DNA from: an uncultured Chloroflexia bacterium | GTDB taxonomy: Bacteria; Chloroflexota; Limnocylindria; Limnocylindrales; CSP1-4 | Length of the DNA: 64,000 nucleotides | Assembly (NCBI GenBank): GCA_963828165.1 | Contig: CAWHDR010000001.1 | Location: forward strand, 1,856,001 to 1,920,000 | Reading direction: 5' to 3' | Part shown: one piece after another, positions 35,027 to 44,824 of the stretch | Position numbering within the stretch: the stretch's first letter is position 1 | How the letters are laid out: the number at the start of each line of letters is the position of its first letter | Notes under the pieces: model-generated | Told to the model about the DNA's origin: nothing | Seen by the model: only the letters and a program-made list of their open reading frames with translations | Databases searched by the model: none | Position numbers and translations under genes: made by a program

Positions 35027-36142
35027 ATGGCCACCACCGAACGGGACCTGTACCAGCTGCTCGGCGTCGAGCGCGGCGCGAGCGATGCCGAGATCAAGCG
35101 CGCCTTCCGCAAGCTCGCCCAGCAGTGGCATCCGGACGTCAACAAGGACCCCGAGGCGGAGGCTCGATTCAAGGAGGCCAGCGAGGCCTACCAGATCCTG
35201 TCGGACCCCGAGCGACGCCAGCGGTACGACATGTTCGGGCGGGCTGGCGTGGATGGCGGTGCCGGTGGTCCGGGGGCGGGCTTCGAGGGGTTCGGCGGCT
35301 TCAGCGACATCTTCGACGCCTTCTTCGGCGGCGCCGCGGGTGGTGGCTCAGCGCGGCGCGGTCGACCGCAGCCCGGCGCGGACCTCCGCTACGACCTGCG
35401 CATCACCTTCGAGGAGGCGGTCAAAGGCACCGAGAAGGAGATCGATTTCCGCGTCCTCGGCCGCTGCGAGACCTGCTCCGGCAGCGGCGCCAAGCCCGGC
35501 ACCGAGGCGACGACCTGCCCGCAGTGCGAGGGCCGCGGCGAGGTCCGCAGCGTCCGCCAGACCATGCTGGGCCAGATGGTCAACGTCAGCGCCTGCCCGC
35601 GGTGTCGCGGCGAGGGCAAGATCGTCGAGACCCCGTGCGACACGTGCAAGGGCGACGGCCGGACGGAGCGCAAGCGCAGCCTTCGGGTGACGATCCCCGC
35701 CGGCATCGACGAAGGGCACCAGATCCGGCTCACGAACGAGGGCGAGGTCGGTGCTCGCGGTGGCCCGGCGGGGTCGCTCTACGTCGCGGTCCACGTCAGC
35801 CCGCACGCCTCGCTCAAGCGCGACGGCACGGAGCTCTACTACCAGGCCCGGGTGTCGATCGCCCAGGCGGCGCTCGGTACGCGCCTCACCGTGCCGACCG
35901 TGGATGGTGACGAGGAAGTCGAGATCAAGCCCGGGACCCAGCCCGACACGGAGATCCGACTGCGCGGCAAGGGCGTGCCCCACGTGCGGCGGAGCGGCTC
36001 GCGTGGCGATCTCCACGTCCTGGTCGATGTCGTCGTCCCGACGAAGCTCAGCAAGAAGCAGCGCGAGTCGCTCGAGGCGTACGCGAAGGACGCGGGCGAG
36101 ACGGTCGGAGGGGGCGGGATCCGCGAGAAGCTCGGGCTGTAG
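35027..36142 (+). CDS. dnaJ: Chaperone DnaJ
   Basis: HPD J-domain, G/F region, four CxxCxGxG repeats. Confidence 0.97.
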   Translation: MATTERDLYQLLGVERGASDAEIKRAFRKLAQQWHPDVNKDPEAEARFKEASEAYQILSDPERRQRYDMFGRAGVDGGAGGPGAGFEGFGGFSDIFDAFFGGAAGGGSARRGRPQPGADLRYDLRITFEEAVKGTEKEIDFRVLGRCETCSGSGAKPGTEATTCPQCEGRGEVRSVRQTMLGQMVNVSACPRCRGEGKIVETPCDTCKGDGRTERKRSLRVTIPAGIDEGHQIRLTNEGEVGARGGPAGSLYVAVHVSPHASLKRDGTELYYQARVSIAQAALGTRLTVPTVDGDEEVEIKPGTQPDTEIRLRGKGVPHVRRSGSRGDLHVLVDVVVPTKLSKKQRESLEAYAKDAGETVGGGGIREKLGL

Positions 36143-37096
36143 GTGGCGCGGACCACGGAGGCGGCCTCGCGGGGAGCGTGGCTGGAGCTCGCGATCGAGG
36201 CGGACATCGAGGCCGTCGAGGCGATCAGCGAGATCCTGGGCCGGGTCTCCAGCGGCGGCACGACCGTGGAGCCCGCGTTCGACCTGGTCGACGAAGGGCT
36301 CGGGGCGCGGGTCGATCCGGACCGACCGGCCATCGTCCGCGGGTACGTGCCCGCGCGCGACGCGTCCGCGGCGGAGGCTGCCGCGGCGACGACCGCCGAA
36401 GCGCTCGGTCACCTGCAGGCGTTCGGGCTTCGGAGCATCGGGGAGCTGCGCACCCGTATCGTCCACGAGGAGGACTGGGCCGAGGCCTGGAAGGCCTACT
36501 TCCCGGTGCTGCGCATCGGCCGGCGCCTCGTCATCCGCCCGACGTGGCGGCGGCATCGCCGCGGGCCCGACGACGTGGTCCTCGCCCTCGACCCGGGCAT
36601 GGCCTTCGGGACCGGGCTTCACCCGACGACCCGCCTCTGCCTGGCCGCGCTCGAAACGGTCGCGGAGGACGGCCGAGCCGAAGGGGCACGAGTCCTCGAC
36701 GTCGGCTGCGGCTCGGGCATCCTCGCGATCGCGGCCGTGAAGCTCGGAGCGTCGGATGCGCTCGGCGTCGATACCGACCCGATCGCCATCGAATCGACCG
36801 TGGCCAACGCCCGCCGGAACCGCCTCGCGCGACGCATCCGAGCACGGGCCGGCAGCCTCCCAAGCGGTGAGCCAGCCTTCGACATCGTCCTCGCCAACCT
36901 GATCGCCGGCGTCCTCGTGCCGCTGGCAGGCGCCCTGCGGAACGAGCTGCGGCCGGGCGGGTCGCTCGTGGCGTCCGGGATCTTCGTCGATCGCGAGGCG
37001 GAGGTCCGATCCGCGCTGGAGGCAACTGGCCTCGTGATCCGCGCCCGATCCTCGGAAGGCGACTGGGTCGCGCTGACGGCGACCCGGCCGGGCTGA
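36143..37096 (+). CDS. prmA: Ribosomal protein L11 methyltransferase
   Basis: DPGMAFGTGLHPTT, VLDVGCGSGILAI, ANL, SGI; follows dnaJ. Confidence 0.95.
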   Translation: MARTTEAASRGAWLELAIEADIEAVEAISEILGRVSSGGTTVEPAFDLVDEGLGARVDPDRPAIVRGYVPARDASAAEAAAATTAEALGHLQAFGLRSIGELRTRIVHEEDWAEAWKAYFPVLRIGRRLVIRPTWRRHRRGPDDVVLALDPGMAFGTGLHPTTRLCLAALETVAEDGRAEGARVLDVGCGSGILAIAAVKLGASDALGVDTDPIAIESTVANARRNRLARRIRARAGSLPSGEPAFDIVLANLIAGVLVPLAGALRNELRPGGSLVASGIFVDREAEVRSALEATGLVIRARSSEGDWVALTATRPG

Positions 37097-37135
37097 CAGG
37101 CTCTCCGCCCGCGCCGACCCTACAATCCCAGTCCG

Positions 37136-37594
37136 ATGCCCGCGACCCTGTTCCCGATCGTCCTCGCCGTGCATATCGGCCTGGCCGTCAGCCTGTTCCT
37201 GCCGTCCATCCTGCTGCCATTCACGCTGCGGAGTCGGCGAGCGACCGTCGAGTCCGAGAGCGGGGTCGTTCGCACGCTCCTGTGGGCGCAGTCGCATGGG
37301 ACGTTCGTGATCGGGGCCGGCCTGGCCTTGTCGGGTTTGGCGCTCATCTCGATCCTCGGGCCCCAGATGCTGGCCCAGCCGTGGCTGGTCGTCGCGCTCG
37401 TCATCTACTCCGCCAACCTCGCCATCGCATTCTTCATCCAGCGGCCGAACCTGCGCCGGCTCGTGGGCATCAAGGCCGCGGCCGACGATGCCGTCTGGAA
37501 GGCACGCGCCCGTCGCCAGCGCTACGTTTCATACCTCATGGCGGCGCTCGTCGGGGTCATCGGCTTTCTCATGAGCACGAAGCCCTCGTTCTGA
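37136..37594 (+). CDS. 4-TM membrane protein (DUF2269-like)
   Basis: LAVHI N-terminal His, C-terminal LMSTKP. Confidence 0.65.
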   Translation: MPATLFPIVLAVHIGLAVSLFLPSILLPFTLRSRRATVESESGVVRTLLWAQSHGTFVIGAGLALSGLALISILGPQMLAQPWLVVALVIYSANLAIAFFIQRPNLRRLVGIKAAADDAVWKARARRQRYVSYLMAALVGVIGFLMSTKPSF

Positions 37595-37613
37595 GGCCAC
37601 GAAGGAGTCCCCG

Positions 37614-37964
37614 ATGTCTACCACGCCTTGCCTGTTCTGCGGGATCGTGGCCAAGGATGTGCCGGCCACCCGGCTCTACGAGGACGACGAGGTCCTCGCG
37701 ATCCGTGACATCGCCCCGCGAGCCCCGACCCACATCCTGCTCATCTCGCGCCGGCACATCGCCTCGGCGCTCGAGCTGACGGACGCCGACGGGCCGCTGC
37801 TCGGTCGCATGTTCGCCGTGGCTGCGGATCTGGCGCGGTCGGAGGGGATCGCCGACGACGGGTATCGGCTCGTCTCGAACGTCGGCCGTTGGGGCGGCCA
37901 GTCGGTCGATCATCTGCACATCCACCTGATGGGTGGCCGAGCCTTCGAATGGCCGCCCGGGTGA
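37614..37964 (+). CDS. HIT family nucleotide-binding protein (HinT-like)
   Basis: CLFCGI, DIAPRAPTH, GQSVDHLHIHLMGG. Confidence 0.92.
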   Translation: MSTTPCLFCGIVAKDVPATRLYEDDEVLAIRDIAPRAPTHILLISRRHIASALELTDADGPLLGRMFAVAADLARSEGIADDGYRLVSNVGRWGGQSVDHLHIHLMGGRAFEWPPG

Positions 37965-37975
37965 GTGGCCGGCGT

Positions 37976-38518
37976 ATGCGGGAGTCCGTGCTTGCCGCGG
38001 CGGCGATGCTCGTCGCCGCCGCTGTCCTCGCCGCCTGCGCGACCGGCGACGGCCCGATCCTCGCCACGTTTCCGGCTGGCAGCCTCGAGCCGGCGGGCAC
38101 GGCCGGCCAGGCAGCAGCCCAGACGCGGATCGAGCTCGTACGTGTCCTCGGCGAGCGCAACCTCGTGCTCCGCGACACGGAGGCTCCATTCCGCCCACCC
38201 GAGGACGTGACCTTCACCACCACACCGCGGGCGATCTACCAGGTCGTGCTCCCGAATGCCCCGACCGAGGGCTTTATCGTCGTCTACGAGTTCCCGGACG
38301 CGGCCGCGGCCGCTGAGGCCGCCGCCGACCAGGCCGCCTACCTCGCGAGCGGCCCGGCCCGCGTCCAGTCGGCGTTCGGATCCAGGCACGTCATGCGGCT
38401 CGTGGGATCGACGGTCGTCCTCTACTCATGGGTGCCCGAAGGCGCCTCAGACGCGCAGCAGCCGGACATCCAGCCGGCCCTCGAAACCCTGGGCACCGGG
38501 GTGCCGATCCCGTCCTAA
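37976..38518 (+). CDS. Putative lipoprotein (start may be GTG 37961)
   Basis: Lipobox LAAC; IVVYEFP...HVMRLVGSTVVLY. Confidence 0.7.
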   Translation: MRESVLAAAAMLVAAAVLAACATGDGPILATFPAGSLEPAGTAGQAAAQTRIELVRVLGERNLVLRDTEAPFRPPEDVTFTTTPRAIYQVVLPNAPTEGFIVVYEFPDAAAAAEAAADQAAYLASGPARVQSAFGSRHVMRLVGSTVVLYSWVPEGASDAQQPDIQPALETLGTGVPIPS

Positions 38519-40122
38519 GCGGCGGGGTTCGCCCAACGTCGGACCGGGTCGCGCTTGACCTTCAGCGTGTGGGTCCGCGGGAAATCCTCGTCCGGCCATT
38601 GGCGCCAGCCGGCGATCCGTTGATTGGGACCCAGGCTGGCGTTGGCGGCCTTCACCGCGGCGCCGACGCGCGCGCCCACGGCGTCCGGCGTCTCGCCCTC
38701 GAGCGCGAGCACGACCGCCTCGATCCGGCCGGGTTCCGTCTCGACGACCACGGCGTCGCGGATCCCGGCGATCCGGAGGGCGTTCTCGATGTCCTCCGGA
38801 TACACGTTGAAGCCGTTGGGGAGCACGATCATGTCCTTGATCCGGCCGCTGAGGACCAACCGCCCGGCCGCATCGACGTGGCCGAGGTCACCGGTCCGGT
38901 ACCAGCCGTCGTCGGTGAAGGCCACCGCGGTGAGCTCCGGGGCGTTCCAGTACCCGTCAAAGACGGTTCGGCCACGGAACTGGATCTCGCCACTCTCCGC
39001 GATCCGCATCTCGATGCCCTCGGGCGCGCGGCCGACGGTCCCATGGCCATGGTCGTCCAGCGTCGTGCAGGTGCCCGTGCCGGTCTCGGTCGCGCCGTAG
39101 CCCTGGAGGACCGTGACGCCGAGGTCCTCCCACGCTTGTTGCAGCGACGGCGGCAGGAACGCCCCCGACGAGAGGAACAGGCGGAAGTGCCCGCCGAGCT
39201 GCGCGTGGACGCTCCGGAACAGGAGCCGGCGAACCGCGAAGGGCAGGTGGCGCGCGATGCCGCGCAGTCGATCGACCGTCGCGCGCCGGCCCCGCTTGTC
39301 GATCTCGCGCTCGATGGCGCTCCAGAAGAGGTCGAGGACCTGCGGCACCACGACCATCGAGGTCACCCGGTGCTCGCGCAGGGCGTCGAAGATGACCCGC
39401 GGGTTCCGGCTCCGGACGTAGAGGATGTCCGCCCCGACGTCGAGCGCGTAGTACAGCCCGACCGCCTGCTCGAGCAGGTGCGACAGCGGCAGGAGTGAGA
39501 CCAGCCGGTGGTCCATCGGCGGGACGATGTGGTGGAACGACTCGATCGATGCCGCGACGTTGTCGTGGGCGAGCATCACGCCCTTCGGTGTGCCGGTCGT
39601 GCCGCTCGTGAAGATGAGCTGGAACACCTCGTCGGGTTCGGGGCGCTTCCAGGCGGCCTGGCGCGCCTCCCAATCGGACGGGAAGAGCGGGTCGTCTGCC
39701 GCCGGCTCGGCCGAGAGCGCCTCGACGGTCGTCGTCGGGAAGTCGGCGAGGCCGGCCGTAGCCGGGTCGGGCGCGTCACGGCCTGTGCCCAGGATCAGAT
39801 GGCGCGCCCCCGAAGCGCGAACGATGGTCGCGACCGCGTCCGTCGACATGCGCAGGTCGAGCGGCACGATCACGAGGCGGGCGTGCATCGCCCCGAAATA
39901 CGCGGCCGGCAGCTCCGGGCTCGATGGGCTCCAGGTCAGGATCCGGTCGCCGGGCTCGAGGTCGAGCGCCCGAAGCCGCCAGGCAGCCATCCTAGCGCGT
40001 CGATCGAGATCGCGGTACGACCAATGCGCGCCCGATCCATCGTCAGAGCGCAGGCCCAGGGCCGGCCGATCGCCGAAGCGCGTCACGGCGCGCTCGAGCA
40101 GGTCGATCAGGGTCATCGGCAC
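38515..40122 (-). CDS. Long-chain acyl-CoA synthetase / AMP-binding protein
   Basis: FTSGTTGTPKG, QGYGATE, RTGDLG, GRIKD, NVYPEDIE, TLKVKR. Confidence 0.9.
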   Translation of the reverse strand: MPMTLIDLLERAVTRFGDRPALGLRSDDGSGAHWSYRDLDRRARMAAWRLRALDLEPGDRILTWSPSSPELPAAYFGAMHARLVIVPLDLRMSTDAVATIVRASGARHLILGTGRDAPDPATAGLADFPTTTVEALSAEPAADDPLFPSDWEARQAAWKRPEPDEVFQLIFTSGTTGTPKGVMLAHDNVAASIESFHHIVPPMDHRLVSLLPLSHLLEQAVGLYYALDVGADILYVRSRNPRVIFDALREHRVTSMVVVPQVLDLFWSAIEREIDKRGRRATVDRLRGIARHLPFAVRRLLFRSVHAQLGGHFRLFLSSGAFLPPSLQQAWEDLGVTVLQGYGATETGTGTCTTLDDHGHGTVGRAPEGIEMRIAESGEIQFRGRTVFDGYWNAPELTAVAFTDDGWYRTGDLGHVDAAGRLVLSGRIKDMIVLPNGFNVYPEDIENALRIAGIRDAVVVETEPGRIEAVVLALEGETPDAVGARVGAAVKAANASLGPNQRIAGWRQWPDEDFPRTHTLKVKRDPVRRWANPAA

Positions 40123-40233
40123 GAACGGGAATCCTCGGGCGGGTCGTCGAATGCTACGACGACGCCATCGGGGCGTTCACGTGACAGCGCGGAAGCGGCG
40201 ATCTGGCCGTTCCAAGCGTGCTTTCGGGCGCGT

Positions 40234-40262
40234 TTGACCCACCCGAGGCCCTCGGGTAGACT
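40234..40262 (+). promoter_or_regulatory. sigma70 promoter of rpsU operon with a dyad in the spacer
   Basis: TTGACC-N17-TAGACT; ACCCGAG-gcc-CTCGGGT at 40241-40257. Confidence 0.7.
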
Positions 40263-40364
40263 CCGGCGGCTCTGGCGGCCCCCGCTTGAGCACACGTCCA
40301 GCCGGCCGGCCGCGCGCCGGACGTGAACGAGAACGAGACCCGGGTCGGAGGAGGTGAACACCGA

Positions 40365-40550
40365 TTGGCTGAAGTCCGAGTGGGAGAGAACGAGACGTTC
40401 GAAAGCGCCCTGCGCCGCTTCAACAAGAAGATCCAGCAGAGCGGCATCCTCGCCGAGGCTCGCCGCCGCGAGCACTACGAGAAGCCTTCCGTGAAGCGGA
40501 AGCGCAAGGAAGCCAAGCGCAAGAAGAACGCCCGAACGCAGGCCGGCTGA
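40365..40550 (+). CDS. rpsU: 30S ribosomal protein bS21
   Basis: GGAGGAGGT RBS with TTG start; [18 protein letters not shown]. Confidence 0.95.
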   Translation: MAEVRVGENETFESALRRFNKKIQQSGILAEARRREHYEKPSVKRKRKEAKRKKNARTQAG

Positions 40551-40628
40551 GCGGGGTCACCCGCATCGACCGGAACCACTGCGGCCCCACGGGCGTTGCT
40601 GAACGACCGCCCGAGGTAGCCATCAACG

Positions 40629-41108
40629 GTGTCCCTTCGTGATCGAGTCCAGACCGATATCACCGCTGCGATGCGCAGCGGTGACGCCCTGCGCCGCGAC
40701 GTCCTGCGCATGGCGACCAATGCCGCCTACAACGTCGAGAAGCGCAACCAGAAGCCGCTGACCGACGACGAGTTTCTGGCCGTCCTCACCCGCGAGGTGA
40801 AGACGCGCCGCGAATCGGTCGATGCCTACGCGAAGGCCGGACGTGAGGATCTCGCCGCGAAGGAGCAGGCGGAGATCGCCATCCTCGACGAGTACCTGCC
40901 GGCCGCGTTGAGCGAGTCCGAGATCGCCTCGCTGGTCGAAGAAGCCGTGGCAGCAACCGGAGCGACGAACCCGCGCGACATGGGCAAGGTCATGGGTTGG
41001 CTCGCTCCGCGCACCCGCGGCCGCGCCGACGGCAAGATCGTGAGCGGCCTTGTGGCCAGCCGGCTCGCTCAGGCGGACCTCGCCGCGCACGACCGGAGTC
41101 CGCATTGA
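40629..41108 (+). CDS. yqeY: GatB/YqeY domain protein
   Basis: K.RRES...Y..AGR.DL, YLP, DMGKVMG, GRADGK; follows rpsU. Confidence 0.9.
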   Translation: MSLRDRVQTDITAAMRSGDALRRDVLRMATNAAYNVEKRNQKPLTDDEFLAVLTREVKTRRESVDAYAKAGREDLAAKEQAEIAILDEYLPAALSESEIASLVEEAVAATGATNPRDMGKVMGWLAPRTRGRADGKIVSGLVASRLAQADLAAHDRSPH

Positions 41109-41127
41109 ACCGCGCGAGCGCCGGCCG

Positions 41128-43350
41128 ATGTTGATCCACCGAGCCCCGGTGATCGCGCGCTTCACGCGCAGCGACGCGACGCGTCTCGGTGTGGCCGCCG
41201 GCATCCTCGTGCTGGTCATGACCGCGATCCTCGGGGCCGACATCCTGCCCGAGGAGACCTTCCAGTACACGCCCGGCGAGATCGCCCGGACCGACATCAC
41301 GGCGCCACGCGCGACCACATTCGACAGTGAGGTCCGGACCGAGCAGGCGCGAACCGAGGCCCGCGACGCGGTACCGCCCCAGTACACCTACACGACGGAC
41401 GCGGCGATCGCGATCGCGGCGGAACAGGCCACGGCCTTCGACGCACGGGTCGACCGGGTCGATACCGCGTTCGGCGCGGACCTGACGCCCGAGGAGCGGG
41501 CCTCGTTGCTGGAGGGGGCGATCCGCAACCCGGACCTCTCGGAGGACGCCCAGGCGACCCTCGTCGGGCTGGATGCGGCCCGCTGGGCAGAGGTCCGGAC
41601 CCAGGCGGGCCAGGTGCTCCAGCGAACGTTGCTGCTCGAATTGCGCGAGACCGACGTCGCGCAGACGCGGACGCAGCTGGCTGGCAAGATGGCCGGTGGC
41701 CTCGACGCGGTCGAACGGATGCTCGCGGCCGAGCTGATCTCCCCACTCATCGTGCCGAACTCGTCGTTCGACCAGGCCCTCACCGACGGTGCCCGCGACG
41801 CGGCGGCAGCGGCCGTGGATCCGGTCCGCGTCAGCGTCGCGCAGGGCGAGATCGTCATCCCCAACGGCAAGCGACTCGACGCTGCCGACATCGAGACGAT
41901 CGACGCACTGGGCATCGGCGTTGACGCTCCGGACCTTGCGAGCTTCGCGGGCTGGTTGATGCTGTCCATCCTGGTCGTCGCGATGCTGCTGGCCTGGATC
42001 TGGCGCTTCCGCCCGACGCTCTGGCACCGCAACAACGTCATCTTCCTGATCGGCCTGCTGCTCGCCGGGACGACGCTCGCCCTCAAGATCACGGCCGGGC
42101 GCGCGATCCTCGGCTACTTCCTGCCGACGGCGGCCATCGGGATGCTGCTGGCGATCCTGCTCGACGCATCCGTCGCGACGATCGTCGTGGCGGTCATCGC
42201 GATCATCGGTGGCGCCCTCAATGGCAACTCCCTCGAGTTCGCGTCATACACCTTCCTCGGCGGCATGGCCGGCATCATCTCGGTCCGCAAGGGCGACCGG
42301 CTGCAGGTGTTCGTCCAGGCCGCGATCGCGGTCTTCGTCGTCAACATGGTCGTCGTGTCGATCTTTTCATTGCTTGGCGCGCGTGACATCCGCGGGGTCC
42401 TGGAGCTGTGGTTCGCGTCGGGGGCGGCGGCCATCGGGTCATCGGTCGCCGCGGTCGGGACCTTCGCCGTGCTCGGATCGGTGTTCGGGATCCTGACCGT
42501 CTTCCAGCTGCTGGAGCTCGCGAACCCGTCGCAGCCACTGCTGCGTCGGCTCCTGGTCGAGACGCCCGGCACGTACCACCACTCGCTGATGGTCGGGAAC
42601 CTGGCGGAACGGGCCGCCGAGGCGATCGGCGCCGATCCGCTCGTGACGCGCGTTGCCGCCTATTACCACGACGTCGGCAAGCTCTCGAACCCGCTGGCCT
42701 TCATCGAGAACCAGGCGGGCGGCGAGAATATCCACGATCAGCTGGAGCCGGAGGTGAGCGCCCAGGTCCTCAAACAGCACGTCGCCGACGGCATCGACAC
42801 CGCGTATGCCGCGAAGTTGCCGAAAGCCCTCATCGCCTACATCCCGCAACACCACGGGACCGCGATCATGAGCTACTTCTTCGCCCGGGCCCGCGAGCGA
42901 GTCGCCGAGCCGTATGGCGGCATCCTGACCGCCCAGGGCGAGAAGGCAGCCGAGGCGGTCGACGAGCGCCGGTTCCGGCACGCGGGGCCAAAGCCGCAGA
43001 GCCGCGAGGCCGCGCTGATCATGCTCGCCGACGGCGTGGAGGCATCGGTCCGATCACTGGCGGCCCGCGACGAGCCGGCGATCCGGGCGATGGTCGCGCG
43101 GATCATCGATGAGCGCATCAGCGACGGGCAGTTCGACGAGTGCGACCTGACGCTGCGAGACCTCGAACGCATCCGAAACGCCTTCGTGGAGCAGCTCCTG
43201 GGTATGTACCACACACGGATCGCGTACCCGCAGAACACCGTCGTGGAGCTGGAGTCGCGGCGAGTCGCAGCGGCTGGTGGCGGCGGCTCGGTCGGCTCCG
43301 ACGCGGGCGGTACGGGCATCGCCGGCGGAGGAGACACGCCCGCCTCGTGA
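41128..43350 (+). CDS. pgpH: 7TM-HD phosphohydrolase (PgpH-like c-di-AMP phosphodiesterase)
   Basis: Extracellular domain, 7 TM helices, PGTYHHS, YYHDVGK, FIENQ, QHHGT, MLAD; upstream of ybeY. Confidence 0.88.
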   Translation: MLIHRAPVIARFTRSDATRLGVAAGILVLVMTAILGADILPEETFQYTPGEIARTDITAPRATTFDSEVRTEQARTEARDAVPPQYTYTTDAAIAIAAEQATAFDARVDRVDTAFGADLTPEERASLLEGAIRNPDLSEDAQATLVGLDAARWAEVRTQAGQVLQRTLLLELRETDVAQTRTQLAGKMAGGLDAVERMLAAELISPLIVPNSSFDQALTDGARDAAAAAVDPVRVSVAQGEIVIPNGKRLDAADIETIDALGIGVDAPDLASFAGWLMLSILVVAMLLAWIWRFRPTLWHRNNVIFLIGLLLAGTTLALKITAGRAILGYFLPTAAIGMLLAILLDASVATIVVAVIAIIGGALNGNSLEFASYTFLGGMAGIISVRKGDRLQVFVQAAIAVFVVNMVVVSIFSLLGARDIRGVLELWFASGAAAIGSSVAAVGTFAVLGSVFGILTVFQLLELANPSQPLLRRLLVETPGTYHHSLMVGNLAERAAEAIGADPLVTRVAAYYHDVGKLSNPLAFIENQAGGENIHDQLEPEVSAQVLKQHVADGIDTAYAAKLPKALIAYIPQHHGTAIMSYFFARARERVAEPYGGILTAQGEKAAEAVDERRFRHAGPKPQSREAALIMLADGVEASVRSLAARDEPAIRAMVARIIDERISDGQFDECDLTLRDLERIRNAFVEQLLGMYHTRIAYPQNTVVELESRRVAAAGGGGSVGSDAGGTGIAGGGDTPAS

Positions 43351-43898
43351 CCCGGCCCATCTATCGACCACCGTGGCGGATCGATCTCGACGTCCGCGAC
43401 GGCGTCCAGTCGCCGCTGGGTGGCGCGATCCTGGGCAAGGTCGCGACCACCGCGCTCGAGGCGGCCGGCGCTCCCGCGCCCGCATCGATCGGGCTGATCC
43501 TGGCCGATGACGCGGAGCTTGCCCGATTGAACGCGACGCACATGGGCGTGGACGGCCCGACGGACGTGCTGTCGTTCCCGCTGGTCCCACCCGAGGTGTT
43601 CCCGCCGCATCCCGGCCGGACGACGACCCCGGGCGCCGGAGCACCGTTCTTCGCCTTGCCGCCGGGTCGCCGTCTGCATCTGGGCGACATCGTCGTGTCC
43701 GTGGAGCGGGCCATCGACCAAGCGGCGTCGGGCCGTGGCGGCCACACCGGCGACGTCCGCTGGTCCGCGGCAGACGAGCTGCGGTTGCTCGTCACTCACG
43801 GCGTCCTGCACGTCTGCGGCTGGGACCACGCCGAGCCTGACGAGGAGGCCGCGATGCGGGCGCTCGAGCGTCGCCTGCTGGGGACGACCGGGTCGTGA
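43347..43898 (+). CDS. ybeY: rRNA maturation endoribonuclease YbeY
   Basis: PTDVLSFP, LGDIVVS, HGVLHVCGWDH; GTGA overlap. Confidence 0.92.
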   Translation: MTRPIYRPPWRIDLDVRDGVQSPLGGAILGKVATTALEAAGAPAPASIGLILADDAELARLNATHMGVDGPTDVLSFPLVPPEVFPPHPGRTTTPGAGAPFFALPPGRRLHLGDIVVSVERAIDQAASGRGGHTGDVRWSAADELRLLVTHGVLHVCGWDHAEPDEEAAMRALERRLLGTTGS

Positions 43899-43945
43899 TC
43901 AGGGGCCGGGCAACCATCCCCGGGGTCCCGGCGTCGAAGCGAACG

Positions 43946-44695
43946 ATGCTGCGAAGTCTGGCCCTTGCGGTGCTCCTGGCGCCGATCGCCCTGGCCGGTT
44001 GCGACGCCGCGACGCCAGCGGCCACCGAAGCCGTGTCCGAGGCCCCGAGCTTGGGCGAGATGCGATACTCGTGCGACGGGCCGCCGGGCTTCCTGCCCAG
44101 CCTCCTCGATGAGCCGGCCAACGCCGAGACGGAGGACCATCCATCGGCGATCGCGTTGCGCACGGCCGTGGCCGGGGGAGGCCAAGATCTTGACATGCTC
44201 CCCGCGTCCGGCTACTGGCTCGCAAGCCGCGACGAGCGCGTGGCCGAGTACGTCGCGCGTGAGCCGGCCGGCGCCGAGCCAGCGTTCGTGTCCGCGACCT
44301 TCGAGAACCAGGGCGGTGCGTGGAAGCTCGTCGGGTGGGGGCAGTGCCGCCCCAGGATCGTCCTCGAGGGGTTCAGCCCGGCGACATGGACCCTCGACCC
44401 CGATGACGCCGCACCAGCGCCCGATACGAGGACCTTCACCGCGCTCGTCATGGAGACGGCCTGCAACGACGGCCAGCCGATGGGCGCGCGACTCCTGCCA
44501 CCGTCGATCACGTACGGCCCGGACGCCGTGCTCGTCGTCTTCGCCGCGCACGAGCGGGTCGGGGACGGGATCGTCACCTGCCCGGGCAACCCCTCCACTC
44601 GCGTCATGGTGGAGCTGCGCGAGGCGCTCGGCGATCGGCGCCTGCTCGACGCGGGCGTGTTCCCTCCAGCGGTGCCCGTCGCGCCTGAGTCCTGA
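43946..44695 (+). CDS. Putative lipoprotein
   Basis: Lipobox LAGC; ETAC, CPGNP, LGDRRLLD. Confidence 0.7.
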   Translation: MLRSLALAVLLAPIALAGCDAATPAATEAVSEAPSLGEMRYSCDGPPGFLPSLLDEPANAETEDHPSAIALRTAVAGGGQDLDMLPASGYWLASRDERVAEYVAREPAGAEPAFVSATFENQGGAWKLVGWGQCRPRIVLEGFSPATWTLDPDDAAPAPDTRTFTALVMETACNDGQPMGARLLPPSITYGPDAVLVVFAAHERVGDGIVTCPGNPSTRVMVELREALGDRRLLDAGVFPPAVPVAPES

Positions 44696-44824
44696 CCGCC
44701 GTCCGGCGCGTCCGCGGCCAGCCGGGTACCATCCTCCATCGGCCCTCCCGCCGGTTGCCCACGCGACGTTCGCGTCGCGACCGGCCGGGATTCGGGCCAC
44801 ATCGTGCTGTCCGTGGAGGAATCG

